In this document: positions 50,801 to 62,549 of the stretch, in pieces | Layout: every line of letters starts with the position of its first letter | Numbering within the stretch: position 1 is the first letter of the stretch | DNA from: Rhynchobatus australiae | Taxonomy: Eukaryota | Direction: 5' to 3' | DNA length: 64,000 nucleotides | Assembly (NCBI GenBank): GCA_034780895.1 | Contig: JAUZTB010000076.1 | Span: 33,467,675 to 33,531,674 of the forward strand | Notes under the pieces: generated by a model | What the model was told of the DNA's origin: nothing | Seen by the model: the letters and a program-made list of their open reading frames with translations, nothing else | Databases searched by the model: none | Position numbers and translations under genes: made by a program

Positions 50801-52474
50801 CTCTAGACCCCTGATGACATTCTGGGCTAATGAATGAGTCAGATGCCAAACCATCAGGATTCCCAAACAAATGGATGCCAGATTATCAGAGTTTTATTGA
50901 ACAGCATTAGGCCCAGAAGTTTCAGTTCATGGGTCTCTCACTGCTAATTTCAATTGTGTCCCAGCTCCAGCTGAACTCACAAGCATACTGCTTGGAACCA
51001 AGACCAGATTTGTTGGGAGAGATGGGGAGGTCAGATTACTGGGAAGGAAAATGGCTGGGTAAAGGGACAGGGAGGTCTGAGGGGGGAGGGGAGGGGAGGG
51101 CAGTCGTCAGGAGGGATTAGTGCTGGGGGCGGGGGAGGGGGAAACAGGTGGCTGCCAAAAACAAAATCAGGGTTGTTCACTAGGTAATTGACCATGGGCT
51201 AAGGTGGGGGCAGGTGACAAAAAGAAATAAATAAATTGCACATTTGGAGGCATGGGCCAATTGGATAGATATTGGAGGACAGGAGTTGGTACTGGAGGTA
51301 GTGAGAAACTGTTGATGGAAAGAGAGCCTAGCCTGAAGGGATTGCATTCTTGCAGGATTGGGTTTATGGTAATAAATAGGGCCAAGGATGACTGGGATAT
51401 CCAAGGAATCTCAGGGCATTGGGACATTAAAGTCTTGAGTGATGTACAGTATGGGCCTTGTGATGAGGTCAGGAGTGAAATCACGTAGATTGGAGTGGGG
51501 GTGGTGGGGGGGAAGATGCCTGAAGGATTAAAATATTAGGAGGAGTGCTGGAACATGCAGTGTTAGGCATCTGAATTTCTAGGTCTTCCTTTCAGCGATT
51601 TCAATTTTTTTGGTCAGTAAAATTATCAAGTACCTCTAAAAAGTCGTGAATAAAAATGAAAACATTTGTGCCAACCATTCTTGTCCACTTCGTAATGACC
51701 ACACGGCTGACTGACAGGATCCTTTCTTTAATGGCTATCATTAAGCTCTTGATTAATCATAACTAAACTAACAATATTTGCCAGTCTACTAAAAATTAAT
51801 ACATTGCAATTTTAGCATTCTAGGAGGGGGTTAATTCAAAGTACCTTCCCAACATTTCAGGGCTGCCATTTAGAAGGAGTGGAAACAAAATTGTAGTTTC
51901 CCTGCCACAGCAGAAAGTAAATAATATACTTCAGGCATTTGAATAGAACTGAGTGAACTGAGGGGATGAAGGCCAGCTCACAGAAGTATTGGCTCTGTCA
52001 AGTTTGCTGGGAAGGTTCCAGGACCCTACATCTGCTTGGCAACAACTCAGAAAGAGATAGAGTTACTCCTTCGCTGGTGCAGAGCTTTCCCAGGCTACAA
52101 TATATGAAAAACAGCTTTCTGTGCATCAGGGAAGAGCTCAGCAGTACTGCATCATACATATTAATCTCCCCACTCTTAAATGGGGCTTACTGTCACGTGA
52201 TCCACCAAGTTTACAAGCACATACCACTGCTATGTCACATACATCCCCCAACCACATGAGTTCTCTAAACTTTATAATATAAACACTTTACCATCTTAGA
52301 CTTAAATACTGAAAGCTTTTGAACTAAATATGCTTTAGAACAATTAGGAAAATAGTACTCATGTTAATGTTCATAATGTGACCCTGTTTAACAATATGAG
52401 TTATACAGTTATCCGTATGTTACATTATTGTTTAAAAAATGTTTTTAAAAATGTATGAGTATGATAGCATAAAC

Positions 52475-54165
52475 AGTTATTTTACTGGACTAATAATCTA
52501 AAGGCCTAGACTAATGATTTGGAGAATTAGTTCAAATCTCACCATAGTAGCTGATAAAATAAATTTAATTAATTTAATAAATCTAGAGTTAACAACATTA
52601 ATAATGGCTACTGAATTGTCATGAACAACACCTCCAGTTCACTACTATCCTCAGGAAAAGGAAACATGCTATCCTTATCTAGTCTGGCACAGATGTAATT
52701 CAGACAAATAACATTGTAGCCGACCCTTAAATGCCCTTTAAAATGGCTCAATAACCCATACGTATCATGACATTATGAAAAAAATAATTTTAAAAAATCA
52801 ACCTAGGCATTGGATCTGAACATGATAAAGGTACACTCAAACCAATTAACCCTGCCAAATCCTGTCACTAACATCTGGGAGCTCATTGTAAAACTGGGAG
52901 AGCTTTAGACAAGTCAAACAATAGGCTGACCAAGACAGATTCAGATTATTACTATTCAGCCAATGTTTAAAACTCCTCCAGCACCATCCCTGGGTGTGAA
53001 TTATCCCAGCTGCAGGACAGGCCCAACAAAGTTACAATGATGGCCCTGGAAACTGTCGACATTGAATCCACACCTCATGAAGATATCAGGTCAAGGACAG
53101 GCATGCAAACCTCCTGATGATTACTGCCCTCCCTTAGGTGATGGATCAGCACTACTCCATGATGAACACAATGTGGAAGAAGAACTATGGACTTCACACT
53201 TCCTATACAAATGCTGCACCAACACTAACAGAGTTGGCCAAGTGCTGAAGAGCATGGTTACCACAGTCAGTGTGTAGTACAAGATCAAAGAATCATTACA
53301 AGGGAAAAGCCTACTTAACTCTGTCCTCTCCAATCTATCTGCCACAGATATATGTCTCTGTTAAAATTAATACTTTATGGAGGCCTGGCATCAACAGAAG
53401 GGACCCTGCATTGTGTGATGTAGTACCATCATGAAAGATAAATATTAAACAAATATTGTAGCTTAAAAACAGGAGTTCCTCAAGAGCAACGCCCTGGGCC
53501 AAACAACCTTAAACTGCTTCACCAAAAATCTCCATCCAATAAAGGCCTGGATGTACTGATTTTGCTGGTTATTGAACAATGTTATGATCCATTGTAATTC
53601 CTCAAATAAAGTATCCATACCTAGTTGAAACTAGATCTGAACAATATTCAGAAGTGGGCTGATTAAGATAAATACACTCATGCAAACAAGTACCAGGTAA
53701 AGACGATCACAAAAATGAGAGCCCATCCAACGCCCTTTAAAACTCAACAGCATTACTGCTGACGAATCCCTTGCCATCAACATCCTGGATCTCACCATAG
53801 ATCAAAAATTTCACTGGACTAGCCAAATAAATAATGTTACCGTAAGCGTAAGTCAAATGTTGATTATTCCCCAATGAATAGCTCACCTTCTGTTTTCCCA
53901 AAGCCTTTCCACCATCAGTGAGCTGCCCTTCAGGAATATGACAAAATATTTTTCACTTGCCTGGAGGAGTGCAGCTCCAATGAAAAAACTAGAAACGTGC
54001 ACCATCAAGTCAAAGCAGGCCGTGTGATTAGCACTCTATCCACTACCCTGAAATCGACTCCCTGTGCCACGAGTGAACCATGGCTGCAGTGGGTGCCATT
54101 TACAGGGTGCACTGCCTCAATTTGATGAGGTTCTTCAATAGCACCTTCCCTCTGCCTTTCTGACA
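52475..54165 (+). mobile_element. Heavily deleted CR1-group LINE: SINE-like 5' region, endonuclease, RT and C-terminal remnants
   Basis: 5' region with B-box-like AGTTCAAATCT (~52529). APE endonuclease remnants 'TNIWEL..KLGEL', 'TIPGCELSQLQDRP' and 'YCPP..DGSALLH.EH'. RT remnants 'GVPQ', 'LG..' and 'DL.NIQKWAD'. The C-terminus matches 12510-12700. Confidence 0.75.
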
Positions 54166-57100
54166 GAAAAATGATGTGGGCTTGAATTTTCCTTGCTTTC
54201 TGCCTCCCATGCTCATTGTTTTCCACAGGTGTTCCTTGCCAATGACTCAGAATAAAGTGTGGTGCAAACTATTCAGCAAGGGGGAGCCAGCGCAACAGCA
54301 CCCAGTTCTGACAATGCTAGACAGTAATGAGCAGAAGGAGCTAATTTATATTTTAACAAATTATGCCGTCTATACTGGTTCAAGCTATTTTGTCCCCAGT
54401 GCTATTGCGGCTGAGCTGGCTGAATTTACTGCAGATCGAGGATCATCCTAGAAGCATCTAGCCTTGGTTTGCTTACTGTTTCACAGAGCTATGAATTTAA
54501 TTATTAAACTGACAGTGGAACCCGAGCTGGACTTTTTAACAGAGGTGAAGCTTTATTTTTAAGAAGGGACCAAATAGACAAAAAATACAATATTTTAAAT
54601 TAATTCCAGTGGGGTATTTGAAGGATTTTATCCACAGTTTATACTACTTCAAACAGTAAATTCACTGTAGTCATTGTTTAAATAGCTGGCAGCATGCTGC
54701 AATTACATAATTATGCCATGTTGCACCTCATACATGGCTTGATATTTCCTTTTCACACTGTGATATAAAAATTCTGAAGTTTACTCCTTAAGAATAAGGA
54801 AAAAAGACATTGTAAACAGTTCAAAACAATGAGACCACACNNNNNNNNNNCTGCATTCACAAACTGACGGAATAACCACGGAGAGTTTCAGACCTGGATA
54901 GTAATAAACTTGCAATTCTCACTGGTTGTAAGCTAATTGAGACTACACTAAGGACTGCTCCTATTACCAGTCTTCAGCACAACTGAGGCCTAAAACCAGA
55001 ACCAGTTGGATTAAAACTAAATCTAAGACCAGGCAGGATTGAAGATGAAGATAATTGGATGGGGAGAAGGAAATTCTAATGGAAAGCATTAAGATTTATT
55101 ATTTTAAGAATCTATTTACCTCTCTAGTTAACTCATGAAATGGCAAAATCTATTTGATCTTAACCCCCATTCCCAATCTTCAAATGCAAAATGGTAATTC
55201 CTGCAGTTACAAGAGACTCAAAATTTTCAACTATGGATGATACTTTTTGAATAGCAGAAAGACAGTTTCATTACAGCATGGAAATGAAAAGTTTGGGAAA
55301 GTTTAGCAACAAAGGTTTAAGATTAAAACAAAATTGCCTTCATTCCAGCAGCAGTATAAATGTCACATAAGAGCTCGATTTATTAAACTGCGACAGAATG
55401 CCATTCACGAGGCTTTAAATGACACATTTTGATGGTTTTGGAACTGAACTATGGAATCAGGCAAAGGAAGATAATACAGCTTTAAATTCTTTAAAATGAG
55501 CCTTGTAAAAGTCCGATCAGTGGTCATTAGAATGACTTCTTAAAATGTCTTCTTCCTGCCTTTTAGGTATTTTCATTTTGTTTAGAAGCCAATCAAAACA
55601 ACGATTCCACTATTCTTCCAGCTAGCCAATGTAAAATAATAATCCACAGTAATATAACTCTTTGCAAGATCTCAAATGCTTTAATCACAGCAGATTATAT
55701 CAGTTTAACACCACACTATTGACTATGTTGGTGTCAGTACTCTTAACTATATTCAGTTCAGAATACTTTTTTAATTAACGTGTAGAACTTCAAAATGTTT
55801 TTTGATAGCAGCCAATCCATTTTGTTATGTGGTTATAAATTTAAGTTTATATCTACTGAGGTGATTTTGTAAAAATTTGGATGCAGCATGAATGGGGATG
55901 GGTTCAGTGGTGGATCACTAACACAGAGCCAAGGCAGGCATAAGTAGCATTGCTTCATTTGTTTGAATGTAGTCACTGCCCTTGACTCAGCCTGCGATTT
56001 ATTTACTCCTCTTTATCTCAAATGTCTTCAATTATTTTCCATAATATTTTAATTAAGTTTAGTTATTTTTTACAATTATTTAATTCTATTTGATCTCTGT
56101 TTAAACTTTCTATTATTAGTGGCATTTACATATTGTTCAAAGGTCTTTCACAGCTGCAAGTGTCAAAAGGCCATCCGTGCTTTCTGGAGATGGGGCATTC
56201 ACAGCTGATCCTGCTTTATTGGAGGAATCCAGGTACGGAGACGCCACTCAGTCAGCCCCTCCTATCTGGATCAGCTTAGTGTGGACCAAGAGGCACCATG
56301 GGCAGCAAATTTGGGCAGGGCCAAACACAGGACAATCCAGCTCATTACATAAAAGAAAAACAATGGCTCAAGTTGTTATAATAGTAAGTTGTATTGACTT
56401 TCAGGGTTAATCTTTTTTACATCAATATGCCAATATAACACAATAGCTTTGTTTCTTCACTGTTATGAAAAATATTTTCCATTAGCATGTAGTTTTCCAT
56501 TCCATTATGTTGCCAAAAATACACATATACTTCAAGGGTGCTTTTTCTATCCCCCTGTATGGGAACTTCTAGTATTCATTATATTTTCAGAATAGAGTAT
56601 GACTATTTGTATTAAAAGATAACACTTATCGTACCACAGTGACAGGAGAGATCATTTTTGGTAAGCAAAAAAGTCCTTTGAACTAATGGACTGGGTTTCT
56701 GCTGAGTGAATGTGTCATTATACAAGTTTTAAACAGATTTGATTTAAAATAGTATTAAACAGAATCAAATGCTGTGCACTACATTCTCCATTGTGTTTTT
56801 GCAAACCGGCTGATAAACACTTATTTTCAGGAACTAAACCAGTAACAACAACAAAGCAAGCAAGTCTCATGATGATTCCTAAAAATATTTTATTAACAGG
56901 TCAGGTACAGTAGAACCCACCATGAAAAGGTCAGGCCAGAAAAATCTGTTTTAGAAGCATTGTGATATCAGCACTCCCAGTTACATGTAAAACTATTCAG
57001 ATATTTCCCCCAAAATCGGACCCTACACTCAAGGAAAAAGGCATTGTTGGGGTTCTTCTTCAGCCATGGCAGTTGAATTAGGAACACTGAGTTACAAAGG

Positions 57101-57960
57101 GCCAAAATAGTAATTATAGGACACTCGTATAATCAAAATGGTGTGGTGGGTGGGGGATTTCCTTTGGTCACTATGCATAATGCATAGTGATGAAGAAGAT
57201 TTCAGGCAAAATCACAAGCATTTTCTTTTAGAGTGGTTTCCAATTTTGCACCAAAATAATACTTCATTAACACAGAGCAACATTATGAAAGTCATCCTTG
57301 TCCCCATATTAATTTGTTCTTTATTTCCTCCCAATGGCTACTCATTTATAAAATAAAACTGATTGAAAGCTGGGAAAAAATAAGTGCTGTTCCAGCATGT
57401 GCTAAACAAGGGACATGGTCTTTCGACGAAAAGTCAGTCAATTCCAATTTACTTTCTTCAAGCCTTTTTTACCCATCTGAAGTTGTTTGCATGATAGCAG
57501 AAATTCCTCAGCAAATTAATTTCATTTATTCAGAGTCATTAAAATATCTTAGAATTGTGATATAAACTTGTATACATCATCAGAATGAAAGCTTTCCAGA
57601 TCTGGCACTGAGTGAGCATGTTTATGCGGCTACAATGCTGAATAAGTCATAATTATGTACAATTAATCTGTTAATAATTGATACGCTTTGTGGTAATTAA
57701 ACATTTATTAATCATTTTTAAATCATGCTAGATTCAACTTCTGGCAAAGAAGATGAAATCTGTTCATACCCTTTGGGCAGCCCAGTAGCTTTGAGAGTTC
57801 AGAACTAGCTTTTTAACCAGATGGCCACAGGTTGGAGTCCCTAGGCCATCGATTTGTACTTATCACAGGACCAGCAGTGACTTGGGTTCATGAGATTGAA
57901 AATTCCTCTGGGCCTCCACCTTTTACAAACTGTATAAGGACTACATGAAATATTTATGCT

Positions 57961-58230
57961 CTTCTAATGGCTCAGCTGGCTTCAGCAGTCGAATAGTACA
58001 AGCAAGAAGGTCCTGGGTTCATTACCTGCTCTATGCTGAGTTAGCCCATCTCAGCTAGGATAGTAACAGAGACACCAAAATTGGTGTCTATGTATCTAGT
58101 GGTAGAATCAGAAATTTGACACAGTTCGACTCCGAATGGAAGTGTGACATGGGAGCGGATGATCAGATTTGACTACAACTTACAGATAACATGCCAACAC
58201 TCATTCCAGAGTTGGTAGAGAGGAAATCTG
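57961..58230 (+). mobile_element. Ancient tRNA-derived SINE
   Basis: A-box-like TGGCTCAGCTGG, B-box-like GGTCCTGGGTTCATTACC, then CTATGCTGAGTTAGCCCATCTCAGC. A possible antisense relative lies at about 54385-54500. Confidence 0.5.
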
Positions 58231-59026
58231 ATTGAGGTATAGAAAGACATTAAAAAGCAGATGTACTCATGGGAAAAATTAATGTCTTTGGGTTAAGGAG
58301 AAAAAATAATGACCTTTAATTCTGTTGAGCCTGGTTTTCAGTTTTAAGTGGAGTGCAAGGTCAGTGAAATTCCTGGAGAAATGGGGTAAAGGAGGGTAGA
58401 TGGAGAATGAACACAGAGCCTCCCTTAAACTGAAAGTAAATTTTAAAAATCTTAATTGGATTTTAAAAAAGATACACAAACAAAAATGAGAAAATACCAT
58501 ACATGTTACATGCATTCGAAAAACTTTTTAAAACCATGCACAAATGTTGCAATGTGTAAATATGTTCTCCATCACACAAGATGGAATAAATTTTAAAAAT
58601 AACAAAAAACCATAGTCAAGCAGCAAAAGTAATCTTTTGAGCCATAATATTCTAAACATTACTATGTATGTTCCCCTTAGGGCAGAAATTTCTGATATTC
58701 AATAATTTTAGTAAAGGGAAAGCAAAATCAGCATGCTAACTCTTCTTTAACATTAACATAGACAGAAACTTTGTGAAATAGATTGTTCCTGAAGTGTCCA
58801 AAGGGCCTTGCATTCAAAAAGATTGCAAGGATTTGCTTTCTGATTTAGTAATTCTCTTCCTCTATTTCATCACAGTTTGATGAGCAAACGATTGCCTTTT
58901 AAAAAGTAACATTTCCTGCCAACCCTTAGTATTTGAACTTCTTCCTTGAATGACATCAAACACAAAGAAAATAAATAAAATAAACAAACAGAAACTACAG
59001 TCAATTTAAAGAAAAGTTCTAAATAA

Positions 59027-59440
59027 CGGGATCTGGTAAGTGCAGTGATATAGAAATATATCTTCCACCTAAGGGAACTGAGATTCAGTGCAGCCCAGGC
59101 TGAGAAGAATAAAGGAAAGACTCACATTTTATAATGCCTTTTATGACCTCAGGACTTCTCAAAGTGATTTACAGTCATTTGATTATTTTTTGAGCTGTAG
59201 TCACTTTTGCAATGTGTAAAAATGAAAATCACCCACTCTGATAGGTATTAGGATTTTTACATGAAATACGTCTTGGGCCATTTACAATATACTTCCTCAA
59301 GAGTGAGGCATCCCAGCACTAACGGAGTTGAAAAGGCAGATTAGCTGGATCAAGACACAAAGATCACTAACATGGAAACTAGAAACAGAGTTAAGGCACA
59401 TAGGTGAGGCACCACAGAGGGGCTATGGTGCTAGCAATGA
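59027..59440 (+). mobile_element. LF-SINE-like element, interrupted
   Basis: CTTCCACCTAAGGGAACTGAGATTCAGTGCAGCCCAGG, TACATGAAAT and CAGAGTTAAGGCACATAGG occur in the same order as motifs I recall from the LF-SINE consensus. Confidence 0.5.
59107..59220 (-). mobile_element. DeuSINE 3' fragment nested in the LF-SINE-like element
   Basis: GAAAGACTCACATTTTATAATGCCTTTTATGACCTCAGGACTTCTCAAAGTGATTTACAG...TGTAGTCACTTTTGCAATGT is homologous to 2690-2765 and 7760-7860. Confidence 0.8.
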
Positions 59441-60817
59441 GTAAAAGAACATCACAAATTATTCCAGTCCTAAAACTGACAATCTACAACAAATTCAAAA
59501 ATAGTATTCAATCACTACTGATTTTTTTTCTTTTCAGTGGATCTTGCTAGCCTTACCAAATTGATCATTTTCCATTTTAACCCATTTAAAGTGGCACTAT
59601 TACCTCGAGGGCAAACTTTGATGTATTCCAAGCTGAAGGGACAGCTCCCTCGAATACAATGGTGTTGGTCAACAGGGTTAGTTCATGCTACATGCAAGAT
59701 CAGCAACAGCAGCACCAGGCTTTGCAACGAGATCTCCCTTCCACAATTTTTAATTAAATTTAAAAAATCTCAAGGACCAGGCACCATGATGTCAACGCAC
59801 ACACCTCCATTTATAAATCTGCTAACATGTCTTGGAAGACGCATTAGCAAGTATCAATGGGTTCTTTGAAGACAAACAGAGGTTGGCTAGGTTCCCAGAT
59901 CCACTGAAAGGGATGAGAGCTTTGGCATAGTTGCTGGCCAAGACAGGATGAAAAGGGTTAAGAAACAATTCATCAGTCTTGATAATGAAATATAAACATA
60001 CTATTCGGCACAGCTTGTTTATGAATAACAACTACGTGCAAAACTGGACCCGTTCACTTCCATTTCAAATAGGCCTTGCAGAAACTTAGGCTTACATTTT
60101 ACAACCAAAGACTGACTGCACGTTGTCAAAAAAAAATGAACAGAGCAGTAACAGTTAATCCCATGCTAAGGTAGATCAAAGTAGTTCATTTAATATATTT
60201 TGGCTTTTATTCCATGGTATTATTCTGCAACTGCATCTTCAGTGGGAATTATTGTTTTACTGTTAAATAAAATTGCTAAATTTAGCCTATTGTTAGCACT
60301 ATTGTCAAACATATTTACAACTTTAAAAAAATCTCAATGTGCTTGTAAAATATATGATATTGTATTAGAATCAACTGTGAATTGTTAGAAAAAAAATAGA
60401 AACAGCAAAAATGCGGTCTCTCAAAATGTTTTTCTGAAATCCTTGTCCCTTAAGCTGTTTCCCATTTTAGAGCCACATTTTTATCCTGAAACATGATTGT
60501 CCTCTAGGTTAATTTTTCAATTTTTGAGGCATGGTTTTAATTTTATATTCAAAACTATAAATCAGGGTTGGTTGTGGATGTCAACACAGAATGTTCTGTT
60601 TAAGGATTTAAATGTGCATTCTACTGTGCTGAAGGAGCTTTTTATTCCACTACCTAAAACATTGGTGTTATCATTAAAGGAAATAAAGCTGCTTTTCCCA
60701 AAACCTGGTGAACAATGCTTATTTTAAATTTAAAGACGGCAAATAAGTCTCCAATTTTTAATGAAGCAGAAGTTTGCAACATCAAATATCATGTTGGCAG
60801 CCAGACTGTGACAGTAC

Positions 60818-60953
60818 CGCAGGGTCTTCCGACAGCTGAGTGTTATCTGTCCTTCCACGCACACCCTCTTCATCTCTCTTTCTTCCTGGCCCACATTCAC
60901 GCTATCCAGATGGACCATCAGTTTCAAACCCATGCCAACATCATCAAGAACAG
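60818..60953 (-). CDS. Candidate coding exon B (phase 1 to 2, or terminal to 60730), product unrecognised
   Basis: Pyrimidine tract CATCTTTGTTTTCCCC..GCAAG acceptor; only one open minus frame, (A)VLDDVGMGLKLMVHLDSVNVGQEEREMKRVCVEGQITLSCRKTLR; raised GC/CpG; weak donor CG|GTACTG. Confidence 0.25.
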
Positions 60954-61007
60954 CTTGCACGATGTTTGGGGAAAACAAAGATGATGGATTAAGTATCAGA
61001 TGTGATG

Positions 61008-61064
61008 TGGGGGTGGCTGGTGGGGAGGGGGTGGGGTGGGTATGGGTGTGTGTGTGTGTGTGTG
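61008..61064 (+). repeat. G-tract cluster followed by (GT)n microsatellite
   Basis: GGGGAGGGGGTGGGGTGGG (four G-runs with 1-nt loops), then a GT run at 61046-61064. Confidence 0.85.
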
Positions 61065-62462
61065 AGACTATGAGCTTAAATGCAACTTTGAATCATTGCT
61101 TTTGAAGCCTGTTTTACTGGAAAAATAAGTGCTTAAATTGGAGCAGGAAAGCTGGAATAGATGCCCAGTGTAAATTATTACATTGGAGCCATTAGTCCAA
61201 CCCAATTTCTAATAAAGTTCAGCCAAACTTATTACAATGATAGCATTTTAAACACTTACAAAACTAAGAAGTCAAAACTACCTTGGAGCAACATGATAGC
61301 ATTTAGAATACTTACATACCATTATGTATTCTGCTCAAGTTAATTAAGAAGTCAACTTTTACTATATAATCTTGGATTAATAACAGAAACATAAAAGTAA
61401 ATAATTCATATTATTGTATTACCTTTTCCCCCCTTCATCTTCAGGTTGCATTTTGTGACATAACATGTAGACCTGACAACTAGCAGCCTCAAACATGGTC
61501 TGACAGCTTATATAACACTCAGGAATCTCTGAATATTTTGCTGGCCATTACATTCTGAAGATATTTCACATCAAGAAACAACGTTTGTCCAGCATACTTT
61601 CTTTCCTTGCTAAACAAAGTTGAACATTATGAATTAAAGTCAAAATGAATTTTGTTGTAAACTAAGTTCTGAGAATTGTAAGAATGGGCAATTGCTGTAA
61701 GGGTTTAATTCTAATCTTATTGTGGGGGATAAAGGATTACAGGAAACTAACAAAACAGTTTGGAATGTTAACTTTATTCAGAGAACATGACAGTTTAGAG
61801 TAATACGAAGACCTCATCCCAATATTTTGCTAACACTGATGAGCTAAATTTAAGGTATTCAGGAAACAGTCAGAGAGAGAGTAATTTGGGAAATTAAAAC
61901 ATTCCAGAATTAAAAGACTTTACCACTTCTTCCCCAATTCAGAAAATTACTGCAACATTTTTACATTGGCAACTGCAGACTAAAAGGCAAAGGAAAAACT
62001 TTGCCCAAGAGGGCTGTATGCACTGTACACATCAATTGTTTATGCAAGATTTCCGACATTGGCTCAGTGTTAAGATCTAAACATTAGCTTTTTTGAAATC
62101 CCATTTTGTTTTTACTTTCTCCAGTACAGAAACTCAGTTATAAATGTGCCATACAAAAAGGACTGTAGTCAAAACTGTAACATATAAATTTATTTCTATT
62201 TAACTACACTTAAAACACATTTGCTATTTATCTGAATTACAGCATATTCCAGACATTTCATATATGAGGCTGACACACAATAGCAAAGAATCTTATTACT
62301 AAATGTGTGTTATGGCTTGAAATAGAAACACACTAATGATACCAATCATGGATGATTTATAACAGCACTCCTGATAAAAATCTTAACTTGAAGAAATGCA
62401 ATGTATGAATCTCACATTTAAAAAAAAGGCATTAGAAAATATTTCCCTACTGCCTTGCGTAC

Positions 62463-62549
62463 CCATTCCAGGGTTACTCTCGCACAGCTGGATTATGTCT
62501 GAGGTCTGCTCTTTCTTCTGCTTAAGCCACAGAATACAGTACAGGGAAG
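62463..62549 (-). CDS. Candidate coding exon A (87 nt, phase 1 to 1), product unrecognised
   Basis: Acceptor TTGCTGTTTGTTTCGTACAG, donor TGG|GTACGC; single open frame SLYCILWLKQKKEQTSDIIQLCESNPGM; CpG-retaining island in very AT-rich flanks. Confidence 0.3.

Noticed and set aside
59822-60031. Next exon after candidate exon B
   Set aside because: The phase-2 reading closes after about 29 codons, there is no convincing donor and no recognisable peptide.
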